A DNA stretch of 64,000 nucleotides from a virus. Its lineage: Duplodnaviria > Caudoviricetes. Where the stretch lies: positions 1 through 64,000 of IMG/VR virus record IMGVR_UViG_3300020161_002395. One strand, given 5' to 3'. This document shows positions 24,294 through 44,333 of this stretch, one piece after another. Every line of letters starts with the position of its first letter. The first letter of the stretch is position 1. Both the position numbers and the translations under genes were made by a program. Below the pieces are notes generated by a model, which saw only the letters and a program-made list of their open reading frames with translations, did no database searches and was not told where the DNA came from.

Positions 24294-24575
24294 ATGGCTA
24301 TTGAAATCGAACAATCAATTGTTGACTCACTTAAAAATTTAATTGAACGAGAAGCATATAGCCGTTCTACACCAAACAGGGTTTTTGAAGAGCGATATGA
24401 CTATTTAACTAGCACAATTAAGTATGAAGCTGCACAGGCTCAACTATTTTATGATGAGATTAAAGATGGTGGTTTAACAGCCAATACCATTGAAGCGGAA
24501 GGCTTTTTACGAGCTATGCGTGTGATAGAAGCAATAGTTGAAGATGCAAACGAAATCAACGATGACGAGGATTAA
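24294..24575 (+). CDS. hypothetical protein
   Basis: Own sigma70 promoter. Confidence 0.6.
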   Translation: MAIEIEQSIVDSLKNLIEREAYSRSTPNRVFEERYDYLTSTIKYEAAQAQLFYDEIKDGGLTANTIEAEGFLRAMRVIEAIVEDANEINDDED

Positions 24576-24887
24576 TTATGGAACTAATTAGAAATGTTTT
24601 GGTATCACTATTTTTTATGGTTGCAATAACTGCCTTAGTAATTGTTCTTGCATATGCAAAAATTGGTCCGGTTGAAAATGCACCAACTGCTGAAACAACA
24701 GAAGTAGAAATTACCAAAGTTGCAGCACAATGAATCATTCAGAACCATTAGAAAGATGCCCTAAATGCAATGGGGCATTGCTTCATTTTAGATCAATGAA
24801 TAAGAAATGTTGTTCTGATTGTAGAACTGAATTTGACTGGCATCTAAAAGAAAACCAGAAACCATTAATTCAACATCAACGATAGAT

Positions 24888-25109
24888 ATGGCCCGACTAT
24901 TTCAACTTCCAGGTACTAATGCTAATATAATTATCAATTTGGATCAAATTGTTTATGTTAAATCGCCTAGAATTATAAATCTAGATGATCAAGATAAGCA
25001 ATATACTATTGTTATGTCAACCGGGGAAGAATTTTTAGTGTATGACACAAATTATTGGCAAACCAATATGTATCCATACGATAAGTTTATGAAACGGTGG
25101 GCTGGTTAA
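24888..25109 (+). CDS. hypothetical protein
   Basis: ORF in operon. Confidence 0.55.
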   Translation: MARLFQLPGTNANIIINLDQIVYVKSPRIINLDDQDKQYTIVMSTGEEFLVYDTNYWQTNMYPYDKFMKRWAG

Positions 25110-25110
25110 T

Positions 25111-25374
25111 ATGGCTAATGTTTATTACGAAATCTCTGATATATTTGTTGACAGTTATGGTGGGAAATACTTTTCTAGATATAACTGTTTAACCACACCA
25201 GACAATAATATCGTAATCGATTTTAATTATAAATTAGTTATGGACTCGATTAGAATTTGGAGGCAAGATGGGAGTGAGGTGAGGTTTTTAAAAAATCATT
25301 ATATTGACCCAAAACTAGCAATTGTTGATCCAGTTGAATTTACATTAATAGTATTGAAGAGTACGCCAATATGA
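25111..25374 (+). CDS. hypothetical protein
   Basis: ORF in operon. Confidence 0.6.
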   Translation: MANVYYEISDIFVDSYGGKYFSRYNCLTTPDNNIVIDFNYKLVMDSIRIWRQDGSEVRFLKNHYIDPKLAIVDPVEFTLIVLKSTPI

Positions 25375-25760
25375 CAGAAGAAACACTAGAAGATGTAATA
25401 AATGATGGCGTTATATTCGTTAGAAGCTTAACCAAACATTATGGTGCTGACAAGGCAATGGAGGTTTGGGAAGCTATGAATGTAGCACTTGGTGAAGAAG
25501 TAAAAGGTCGGGTATTCTTCAAAATGATTGAAGGAAGTTCAGACAGTCAAGTGAAATTTAGATTAGGTAATATTAAAAATTGGGGGAATCTGGTCACTGC
25601 GGTCAAAATAGTTCACCAATATACCGGTTTTAGACTTAAAGAATCAAAAGATTTGGTTTATGACTCTGAACATGTAATGAGTACCATTACGATTAGTGAT
25701 TATCGCCAACGTATAGAATTTATGAGAGAGTTAGCGAACATCGGAGCTAAAATAGTGTAA
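25371..25760 (+). CDS. hypothetical protein with a ribosomal L7/L12-CTD-like motif
   Basis: VTAVKIVHQYTGFRLKESKDLV resembles the L7/L12 C-terminal IKxVRxxTGLGLKEAKDLV. Confidence 0.55.
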   Translation: MTEETLEDVINDGVIFVRSLTKHYGADKAMEVWEAMNVALGEEVKGRVFFKMIEGSSDSQVKFRLGNIKNWGNLVTAVKIVHQYTGFRLKESKDLVYDSEHVMSTITISDYRQRIEFMRELANIGAKIV

Positions 25761-25774
25761 TTAAAAGGACAAGG

Positions 25775-26113
25775 ATGTCAAACATACAAATAACACAGCA
25801 AACAATTACCGCTAAACCAAGAAAATTAAAAGCCAGTTGGACTAAACAGGTACAAGAGGAAATAGATCTTGTAAAACAGGTACAAGAGGAAATAGACCGT
25901 CAAATTTTATGGGGTGTTCGTAAAACAACGGGGTGGCAAGAAGTAACACTTCCATATCCAATATATGGAATAACTAAAAACATAATTAATAAATGGTGTT
26001 CAGAAAATTTAAAAGGTTCTGTTGACGGATATCGAGAGACGTGGATTTTTGAATTACCAGAAGATGCCACCTGGTTTACACTACGGTGGTTTGAACAAGA
26101 ACAAGAAAAATAA
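25775..26113 (+). CDS. hypothetical protein; N-terminus resembles a major capsid protein segment
   Basis: TITAKPRKLKASWT...EEIDRQIL; internal 30-bp-period repeat; C-terminal DATWFTLRW. Confidence 0.6.
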   Translation: MSNIQITQQTITAKPRKLKASWTKQVQEEIDLVKQVQEEIDRQILWGVRKTTGWQEVTLPYPIYGITKNIINKWCSENLKGSVDGYRETWIFELPEDATWFTLRWFEQEQEK

Positions 26114-26143
26114 AAAACTAATACTTAATTAAAAGGAATTAAT

Positions 26144-26455
26144 ATGAAATCAGTATATGTAATATATTATATAGACACCCACAATGATCTTATCGAGTGT
26201 GAAGTATTTTCTAAATTAGAATATGCTCAAAAATTTGAAGAAGATTTAGTACAATTATATGGGGATGAGGATGGAGTAATTGGTTTTTTTCAAAAACCAA
26301 TTGATATTATTAGTTGTACCAATAGAAATTCTAATGTAAATTCAGATACAGGTTATATTGCTGAAAGCAAATATGGTACCCATATTTTGACCGGGGAATA
26401 TATAAACATTGATCACGATTCCGACTTCTGGAATGATGACCAACCTGAACTTTAA
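26144..26455 (+). CDS. hypothetical protein
   Basis: AAGGA RBS. Confidence 0.55.
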   Translation: MKSVYVIYYIDTHNDLIECEVFSKLEYAQKFEEDLVQLYGDEDGVIGFFQKPIDIISCTNRNSNVNSDTGYIAESKYGTHILTGEYINIDHDSDFWNDDQPEL

Positions 26456-26476
26456 AAGAAAATTAACAATGACATC

Positions 26477-27397
26477 TTATTTTTTGTATTTTCTGGTAAT
26501 TCTAGAGGGGTTATCTTTGCATGATTTTATATGTCTAGTAATTCCTGGACCGTATCCAAACTGCTGTTGACAGAACTGACATGTTTCTTTAGGAATAGTT
26601 TTACCTTTTAATGAAGAATCAATTTTTGATGGATTTTTATCACACATGGATTCATGGGATTTAATAACGTTTGACCCAAGTTCTTTGGAGCAAAAAATAC
26701 AAATATCTAATTTGTAATCTGCTTTTACTGGTTTAGTCTTCTTATTTGGATTGTTTTTGCAATAATATGTTTCATGAAATAAAACACCACTTCCCTTACT
26801 AAACACCATATTGCAATATTTACATTGAACCTTTGTAAAAGTTTTTCCAGTTAACTCATGAACTTTTTTATTTGGATTTTTATTACAACTGAGTTCATGT
26901 AGTTTTATTGCACTATTTATAGCGAATTTATCACCACAAAATTTACACGGTATTGTTTCATATATTTTTCCAAATGGTCCCCAATTATTTACTCCACTGG
27001 TTTTATTTAATAGTATTCCTGTATGTATATCAATTCTACCATAATGTTTTATTAAAATAATCTCGTACTCAGTAGCGGTATCTTTTGAAATATTATCAGT
27101 GAAAATTATAATTAAATTTGAATTAGGTGTGTTTACGTTATTATGTTTTTCAGTAGGTCTACAAGCACGGCCTTCACCGATATAATATAAACTACCCGCT
27201 GGACCAAATTCATCATCAAATTCACGTAAGTATCCGTATACACAACACCCGTTAATTTGCTGTAAACTATTGATAGGAACAGGATTAAAATAATCTTTTA
27301 CATCCTTTGGTAATTTTTTAATGTCTTCAACAAAAAAATTTGGCGATTGGTTGACATTATTATTAAACTGTGCTAAAATATAATTACTAAATAACAT
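26477..27397 (-). CDS. GIY-YIG-like homing endonuclease with CxxC...HxxxC repeats
   Basis: VYGYLR...YYIGEG...E..LIKHYGRID...GILLNKTSG; four CxxC...H..C.NP repeats. Confidence 0.75.
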   Translation of the reverse strand: MLFSNYILAQFNNNVNQSPNFFVEDIKKLPKDVKDYFNPVPINSLQQINGCCVYGYLREFDDEFGPAGSLYYIGEGRACRPTEKHNNVNTPNSNLIIIFTDNISKDTATEYEIILIKHYGRIDIHTGILLNKTSGVNNWGPFGKIYETIPCKFCGDKFAINSAIKLHELSCNKNPNKKVHELTGKTFTKVQCKYCNMVFSKGSGVLFHETYYCKNNPNKKTKPVKADYKLDICIFCSKELGSNVIKSHESMCDKNPSKIDSSLKGKTIPKETCQFCQQQFGYGPGITRHIKSCKDNPSRITRKYKK

Positions 27398-27418
27398 TGT
27401 TGATGCTCCTTCAAAGCG

Positions 27419-27465
27419 TTAAAGTGGTTGGGAATTGGTAGTTCCGTGAACCACACTTATTTATC
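27419..27465 (-). promoter_or_regulatory. Endonuclease-leader motif, covariant copy
   Basis: GTGGTT/AACCAC replaces GTAGTT/AACTAC. Confidence 0.75.
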
Positions 27466-27490
27466 AAAATTAATCTATAAAGGGAATCAA

Positions 27491-27874
27491 ATGACACAAA
27501 CAATAATCGAAGATCAACGTAAATTCATGTTAGCATGTGAACAAGATGTAGACACCTTCAATGAATCACAATATAATCTATACTTGAATCTTATCAGAGA
27601 AGAATTCAACGAACTACAAGTTGCAATTGATGATAATAACTTGGTAGAAGTTACTGATGCAATTTTAGATATGATTGTAGTAGGTGTCGGAGCATTGTTA
27701 TCAGCTGGGGTCGATGCTGAAGGTGCATGGAATGAAGTTATTCGTTCTAATATGAGTAAAATCGACCCAGAAACAGGTAAAGTTAAAAAACGGGAAGACG
27801 GCAAAGTGTTGAAACCAGCATCGTTCTCTCCACCAAATCTTGCACCATTTGTATCACATATCGTGGGGGAATAA
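27491..27874 (+). CDS. MazG-like nucleoside-triphosphate pyrophosphohydrolase
   Basis: LIREEFNEL...EVTDAILD...EVIRSNMSK...REDGKVLKP. Confidence 0.85.
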   Translation: MTQTIIEDQRKFMLACEQDVDTFNESQYNLYLNLIREEFNELQVAIDDNNLVEVTDAILDMIVVGVGALLSAGVDAEGAWNEVIRSNMSKIDPETGKVKKREDGKVLKPASFSPPNLAPFVSHIVGE

Positions 27875-28246
27875 ATGAAAAAAATATTTATAACTATTGC
27901 ATTATGTACTTTTATTACAGGATGCTCAACTATGTTCACTGGAACTACATCAAATGTTAATATTACTAGTACACCATCCGGTGCGGATTGTGAACTAGCT
28001 GGACATGGAGTTCATACTCCCGGAAATGTTGTTATTCCTAAGAGTAGTGCGAATTTAAATGTAAATTGCGAAAAACCTGGTTATATTCCGTCATCGGTTC
28101 CAGTGAATTCTACCTTCAATTCAACAACCTTAATTAATATTTTAACTGGATATTTTTTAATTATTGGAACTATTGTTGATTTTGCATCTGGCGCGGCCTG
28201 GGAATATCCAAGCCATGTTAATGTTAATTTACCAAGCCAACAATAA
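27875..28246 (+). CDS. lipoprotein, PEGA-like
   Basis: Lipobox ITG-C; ITSTPSGA; VDFASGAAWEY. Confidence 0.7.
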   Translation: MKKIFITIALCTFITGCSTMFTGTTSNVNITSTPSGADCELAGHGVHTPGNVVIPKSSANLNVNCEKPGYIPSSVPVNSTFNSTTLINILTGYFLIIGTIVDFASGAAWEYPSHVNVNLPSQQ

Positions 28247-28269
28247 TTAGTTAAAATAAAGAGGAATAT

Positions 28270-29112
28270 ATGGCACAACACTCAACATATTGGTCAAATT
28301 CAAAGATAGCAAAATGGTTGTCTGGTAGTGAAAAACCGGAATTTGCTACTGCACGTCAATGGCGTGAATGGAAAAAAGAAGCAAAAGCGAAACATCCTGT
28401 GAGATACTGGTTGGCGGAAGAAGGGTTAGGTAAACTTCAAGATATAGTTTATTGGCCTTATAACACATTTCATTCTTTCCGTTATTACATCAATAATCGT
28501 TGGGTGGTTAAAAGCCATGCTTTAACCGCACATCCAAAAGATATTAAACCAGGAAACTGGCAAGATGTTGGGTACCGTTTCTTGCCATGCTTGTTCAATG
28601 AATTAGTTGACTTTGTTGAAGTAGAAACTGCGTGGATGCATGTAGTTTGGGATAATGATGCCCGAAAAAAATATTGTGTTCCTTGGTGGAGAACTTCTTT
28701 TTTCAGATGGAGAACATGGCGCTGTCCAGAAGCTGGATTGGATTATTTAGATTGGGCTTCAAAGTTAACTAATGAAGAATGGTGTGATAAAACCGATCCA
28801 GAATATGGACAACCAACCAATCAAGCATTAGCTGCTATGGAAATTAAAGAATTATATACATGGTGGAAAGAAGTATATCCAAATAGACCAGATCCATATG
28901 ATGTAAGTGGATGGTCTGAAATTTGTAATAGAAAACGTCAAGGAAGTGATGATATTATGTCGCTATTTGATTACGATGATGAAACACCGGAAGAACGAGC
29001 TGTACGATCTGCTACTCATGTACGATTGAGTGAAATTGAAGCTCAATATGAACAAGAAGAAGAAGATATGCTTGTTAGATTGGTTAAAGTTAGAAAAAGT
29101 TTATGGACGTAA
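28270..29112 (+). CDS. hypothetical Trp-rich protein
   Basis: 280-aa ORF, GAGG RBS. Confidence 0.7.
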   Translation: MAQHSTYWSNSKIAKWLSGSEKPEFATARQWREWKKEAKAKHPVRYWLAEEGLGKLQDIVYWPYNTFHSFRYYINNRWVVKSHALTAHPKDIKPGNWQDVGYRFLPCLFNELVDFVEVETAWMHVVWDNDARKKYCVPWWRTSFFRWRTWRCPEAGLDYLDWASKLTNEEWCDKTDPEYGQPTNQALAAMEIKELYTWWKEVYPNRPDPYDVSGWSEICNRKRQGSDDIMSLFDYDDETPEERAVRSATHVRLSEIEAQYEQEEEDMLVRLVKVRKSLWT

Positions 29113-29291
29113 AACAATCTAAAAATTTTTGTACTTGTGGTAGTGAGCGTAAATACTGTCAACGACATGACGCTTACTACTGCGAACTATGTAATAAATG
29201 GTTAGAACCAACATGTGATGACCCAGATTGTTGGTTCTGTCCAGATAGACCTGAGAAACCTAGTCAAATAATATATAATCAAACAACATAA
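29103..29291 (+). CDS. small Cys-rich protein
   Basis: Several CxxC motifs. Confidence 0.55.
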   Translation: MDVKQSKNFCTCGSERKYCQRHDAYYCELCNKWLEPTCDDPDCWFCPDRPEKPSQIIYNQTT

Positions 29292-29303
29292 CATGGAATT
29301 ATA

Positions 29304-30494
29304 ATGGCAAAAGTAGCTAAAAAAACAAAGAAAACTAAAATTACTAGTGTCACTATACGTGAAAATCGTAATAAAGATTGGAGCCCACGTTGGGATGATA
29401 CCGACTCATTATCTTCTACTGAGTTCTTAAAGCATTATCATAGTGCAATGCATTATTATAACATCCAATTTAGTGGTAAAGATCTAAAACCGGCAGTATT
29501 GACATGGATGAATGAGAATGGCTATGAAAAAGATGTCATCACCGAGTTTAAGAAATCAAAAGACTGGCGTGTAAGTACAACGATGGGTGCAATAGCAAGT
29601 TGTTTATCCCGTGGTATGCCAGAACAACGTGATGATTTCAATAGTGGGACCAATACCAAAGAATGGTTAGTAAAAGCTATTAATAAAGTAATTGAAGATA
29701 GCAAAAACGATGTTGAAGTTGATGAAGAAACAGAAACTAAACCAACCGCACCGGTTGTTAGCATCCAAGAACGGGTTCGTGAAGCAACATTCAAGATGAC
29801 CGAAGAAATCGAAGATGCAATTGAAGTTTGGATGGAAACACCAGAAAAATTCGATCCAAAACAATTTAAAATACTTAATCTACTCAAAGGTAAAGAAGTA
29901 AAAGCCGCTCATGCACGGGTTATTAAAGAGTATTACTCAGTTGGATTGAAAGAATTGTCAGATGTCATTGAAGGTAAAGATGACGACCTTAAAGAGGGTT
30001 ACAAACATCGAACTAAAAAGCAAATAAATAATTTATTAGCATTTTACAAGGAAATTGACTCAGCTTGTACTATGTTAATGGAAGAAGCCAAGGTTTTACG
30101 TAAACCACGGGCTAAAAAAGCTGTTCCAAAAGACAAAATAGTGGAAAAACTCAAGTTTTTGAAGACTTTTGAACCATTAAAACTAGTATCAGTCAACCCA
30201 ACCGATATTTTGGGTTCAAAAGAACTATGGATATACAACACTAAGACCAGAAAGCTTGGTAAATACATTGCTGATGATATGACTGGTCCTCTTGGAATTA
30301 AAGGAACTACTATTATTGGTTATGATGAACATAAAAGTATTCAAAAAACCATTAGAAAACCAGATGAAAAACTCAAGGAATTCAAATCAGCTGGGAAAAT
30401 AGCTCTCAGGAAATTTTTAGATGATATCAATTCTACCGATACCAAAATGAATGGTAGAATTAATGAAGATATAATTCTATTAAAGGTTTTGTAA
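29304..30494 (+). CDS. hypothetical phage protein
   Basis: 396-aa ORF; C-terminal LWIYNTKTRKLG...KTIRKP...NGRINEDIILL. Confidence 0.75.
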   Translation: MAKVAKKTKKTKITSVTIRENRNKDWSPRWDDTDSLSSTEFLKHYHSAMHYYNIQFSGKDLKPAVLTWMNENGYEKDVITEFKKSKDWRVSTTMGAIASCLSRGMPEQRDDFNSGTNTKEWLVKAINKVIEDSKNDVEVDEETETKPTAPVVSIQERVREATFKMTEEIEDAIEVWMETPEKFDPKQFKILNLLKGKEVKAAHARVIKEYYSVGLKELSDVIEGKDDDLKEGYKHRTKKQINNLLAFYKEIDSACTMLMEEAKVLRKPRAKKAVPKDKIVEKLKFLKTFEPLKLVSVNPTDILGSKELWIYNTKTRKLGKYIADDMTGPLGIKGTTIIGYDEHKSIQKTIRKPDEKLKEFKSAGKIALRKFLDDINSTDTKMNGRINEDIILLKVL

Positions 30495-30524
30495 AATAAT
30501 CGTATCATATAATGTAAATACTAT

Positions 30525-30869
30525 ATGATACGATTTTCTATTTTAATTGAACAGCATAATAATGATATGCATAAAATTAACGAACAACGTCGTTGGTGGT
30601 TATTTGCAAGTTCTATGGTGTTTTCCGGTGTTATTTTTTTAATTTTTGGCTGGGATTGGATATCTGAATTTAATCATAAATCATTATGGTGGGTGATTAT
30701 TTCACTAATGCTGATAATTTGTATGAATTGGTGGTATTGGACTATGAAAGTAATATCTCATTTATTAGTTCACCAGTGTTCTGAATATGACATGATAGCT
30801 GAATTATTGAATGAAATAAAAGAACTAAAAGAACATATCAAACAACTTTCTATTGACAACAAGCAATAA
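30525..30869 (+). CDS. membrane protein
   Basis: Two TM segments. Confidence 0.6.
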   Translation: MIRFSILIEQHNNDMHKINEQRRWWLFASSMVFSGVIFLIFGWDWISEFNHKSLWWVIISLMLIICMNWWYWTMKVISHLLVHQCSEYDMIAELLNEIKELKEHIKQLSIDNKQ

Positions 30870-30911
30870 TCACGATATTATACATTTTTTTCAACTTAAA
30901 CAACCCAACCA

Positions 30912-30947
30912 ATGAATAAAATAGGCTTTGCATGTAAATTATTTTAG
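30912..30947 (+). pseudogene. uvsE N-terminal stub (MNKIGFACK)
   Basis: IGFACK resembles the start of UV-damage endonuclease UvsE; follows a promoter; cut by the endonuclease gene. Confidence 0.55.
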
Positions 30948-31478
30948 TTCAGGGAACACTTCAAAAAAGCAATGTTTTCTGCTGTATAATAAATAACATA
31001 CATTTCTGCTAATACCATATTCTAAACTGATACTAGAATATGATTGACCATTATTCATTTTGGTAATAACTTCTTTATATAAATAATAATTTTTTAAATT
31101 TTTTGTTCGAATTATTGTCATTCGTTTTTCGGATGAACAAGGGTTTGGTTTATTAAACATTGGATTATTAACACCAGTCCGGGATTCTGATGACACGGTT
31201 GCGCCACCATTACCGCCGAATGTGGTATTAACTAAAATTCCTCCGTCAATTATTCTACCATAGTGGGCAATAAGATGAATTTCCAATTCCCAAGCTTCAT
31301 TTTCGGTTAAATTCTCTTGTATAATTTGAATTCGTTGTGGATTTCTTGGGCGCAAATCACATCCGTTTTTTCTACGATGTGTTGCCCACGCTCGACGCTT
31401 TGAACCTTTGCCGATATAATATGGTGTTTGATTTTTGCGAATGTATTGGTAAACGTAATAAATATTGTTACTGGACAT
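30939..31478 (-). CDS. GIY-YIG homing endonuclease
   Basis: YYVYQY...PYYIGKG...RAW...E..LIAHYGR...ILVN..GGNGG. Confidence 0.8.
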   Translation of the reverse strand: MSSNNIYYVYQYIRKNQTPYYIGKGSKRRAWATHRRKNGCDLRPRNPQRIQIIQENLTENEAWELEIHLIAHYGRIIDGGILVNTTFGGNGGATVSSESRTGVNNPMFNKPNPCSSEKRMTIIRTKNLKNYYLYKEVITKMNNGQSYSSISLEYGISRNVCYLLYSRKHCFFEVFPELK

Positions 31479-31509
31479 AACAGTTCCTCCGAATTGTGAT
31501 AAGATATGT

Positions 31510-31555
31510 TTAGAGTAGTTGGGACGGCAATCCGCGAACTACATCTTTATTTATC
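31510..31555 (-). promoter_or_regulatory. Endonuclease-leader motif
   Basis: Core identical to the 23431 copy. Confidence 0.75.
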
Positions 31556-31630
31556 ATCTGACAAAAACCTATTGACTTTTGCACAGTATTTTTATATAAT
31601 AAAGTATCTAAACTATTCTTTACACACTAA

Positions 31631-32191
31631 ATGAACATTTTTTATCTATCAGAAAACCAACACTTATGCGCTCAGTATCATAATGACAAACACTGTGTCA
31701 AAATGATACTTGAATATTCACAATTGTTATCTACTGCACACCGGGTTCTTGACGGTACGATGACTACTGGTATTAACAACAATGGTAGAAAACAAACAAG
31801 TTATGTACTTGCTGATAGTCGTGACAATATTCTTTATCGTGCTACCCATCTCAACCATCCTTCATCAATCTGGGTAAGACAATCAACTGAAAATTATATG
31901 TGGTTAGCAGAATTGTTGGTTCAATTATGTAATGAATATACATATAGATATGGAAAAGTTCATAAATGTGAACAATCTGGATTGGTCAATATTCTTGCAA
32001 CCACTATCCCTAATAACATACCACATCACAGTTTTACCCAACCTACCCCGGCAATGCCAACTGACTGCATATTACATAATGACTCAATGTTATCATACAG
32101 AAATTATTACATAATCAAAAAGAAACATATCGCAAGTTGGTGTGGAAAAATTAATAGCCGTCAAGTGCCAGACTGGTATAACTATGAATGA
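31631..32191 (+). CDS. Pyrimidine-dimer DNA glycosylase (DenV-family)-like
   Basis: MNIFYL...DKHCVKMILEYSQLLSTAH...THLNHPSSIW...EYTYRYGKVH...AMP...YRNYY. Confidence 0.8.
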   Translation: MNIFYLSENQHLCAQYHNDKHCVKMILEYSQLLSTAHRVLDGTMTTGINNNGRKQTSYVLADSRDNILYRATHLNHPSSIWVRQSTENYMWLAELLVQLCNEYTYRYGKVHKCEQSGLVNILATTIPNNIPHHSFTQPTPAMPTDCILHNDSMLSYRNYYIIKKKHIASWCGKINSRQVPDWYNYE

Positions 32192-32593
32192 GGGAAATAG
32201 TATGGATTGGATGAATGTATTGGGCTTGCTGACATGTGCCCTATCGTATTGGATATATACTATCATTATATCAAAACAGGAGAATATATCACACCCGATG
32301 ACCCAAGGATCGAGGCAGTTGTTAATAGTTGGCGATCTGTCCTTCCTGTTATTCATTATTCTATTAGTCGTGAAGATATTCTTTCCGGCCACCGGGCTGA
32401 TGATAAACCAGACCTTGAATTATTATTGGAGTCTGGTCTAAATAAACAAAAATTACGCGCCCATTCGGACTTTTATTGGAATGACGCTGTTAACGATTGG
32501 GCATTAAGCCATTCAGTATGGGCAGATATAATGTGCGAGTCAAAAGGAAAAAATTTAGCTAGTTTCATGTTGTATGAGTACGCAAAAAAATGA
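32181..32593 (+). pseudogene. uvsE: C-terminal remnant of UV-damage endonuclease UvsE
   Basis: PIVLDIYYH, PVIHYS, KLRAHSD, DIMCESKGKNLA; frameshifted at the 5' side and no proper start. Confidence 0.7.
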
Positions 32594-32829
32594 TTATAGA
32601 TATTGATAAAATGTTTTTTTATAAGAACGCTAAATGGAAACTTGAATTTGCGTGGATTCCTAAACGATGTGCAATTTCTAAAAAATTAATTTGGTTAGAA
32701 ACTGGATATAAAGGAGTTTTTATATGGAATCAACTAGTAGATATGGGAATGAATAAACTAGAGTTGAAGGAATCACGATGGCTTACTAAACGAGAATTTA
32801 TTTTCGGTAAAATAAAAGGCACGATATAA
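32590..32829 (+). CDS. hypothetical protein
   Basis: FAWIPKRC...IWLETGYKG. Confidence 0.6.
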   Translation: MIIDIDKMFFYKNAKWKLEFAWIPKRCAISKKLIWLETGYKGVFIWNQLVDMGMNKLELKESRWLTKREFIFGKIKGTI

Positions 32830-32854
32830 AAAAGGGGCTGTTATAGCCCCTTTT
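32828..32854. terminator. bidirectional terminator
   Basis: aaaaaggggct...agcccctttt between convergent genes. Confidence 0.8.
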
Positions 32855-32856
32855 AG

Positions 32857-33228
32857 TTATTTTGATTTAGGTTTTGGTTTTCTTCCACGTTTTTTAGTGG
32901 AAACTTTTGGTTGTGGTTTAATAGGTTCTACAATTTCTTGTTTAATTACTGAAGATGCTGGAGTTGGTTTTTTAGTAGCTTTTTTAAGAACTTCTATAAG
33001 GTCTTCTACATCAACTCTTCCATCTTTATTGATATCAGCAGCTTCTTTTACTTTTTTAGTTACACGTTGCTTAACTTCTTTAACATCATCTAAATTGATA
33101 ACGTTGTCGTTATTAATATCTACAACTTTCTTAACTCGTCTAACAACTTTCTTTGCTTGTTCTTCAACGACAGCAACATCTGCTTCAACTTTTCCTAATC
33201 CAAATAATTTTTTAATAAATTCAAACAT
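32857..33228 (-). CDS. basic protein with two EF-hand/dockerin-like loops
   Basis: DINNDNVINLDD and DINKDGRVDVED; AAGGAG RBS before ATG 33228. Confidence 0.65.
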   Translation of the reverse strand: MFEFIKKLFGLGKVEADVAVVEEQAKKVVRRVKKVVDINNDNVINLDDVKEVKQRVTKKVKEAADINKDGRVDVEDLIEVLKKATKKPTPASSVIKQEIVEPIKPQPKVSTKKRGRKPKPKSK

Positions 33229-33248
33229 AAATTCTCCTTGTTCTTTAT

Positions 33249-33536
33249 TTATAATTGGTCTAATGTCTTGAGTGAAGAAACTGGCATATCCCAAATATGT
33301 TTATTTTCAACACCTTTCTGTTGAGCAAATCTTTTTACATCACAATTATTACATACGTGATAATGATTGTTATTTAATCTATTAGGATCCATACTTCCTC
33401 GTTCCCGTTGAAATAATTCACTACAACAATCACATCTAAACGTAATTATTGACTTCTTTCTGGAATATGTATGAGTATTTCCTAATTTACTAATACGTTG
33501 ATACTCAGTTAAAATATAATCTGTTTTGATAATCAT
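33249..33536 (-). CDS. hypothetical protein with CxxC motifs
   Basis: FRCDCC...HVCNNC; TAAATA upstream. Confidence 0.6.
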   Translation of the reverse strand: MIIKTDYILTEYQRISKLGNTHTYSRKKSIITFRCDCCSELFQRERGSMDPNRLNNNHYHVCNNCDVKRFAQQKGVENKHIWDMPVSSLKTLDQL

Positions 33537-33552
33537 CTAGTATTTACATTAA

Positions 33553-44277
<10,725 letters not shown>

Positions 44278-44333
44278 GATCTCCATTTCATCATTATCAA
44301 TTATAACGATAAATATGTAAAAGAGAGCAAAAA

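Noticed and set aside
32142-32441. Hydrophobic 99-aa ORF as a real gene
   Set aside because: Alternate frame over the uvsE remnant; better explained by the frameshifted pseudogene.
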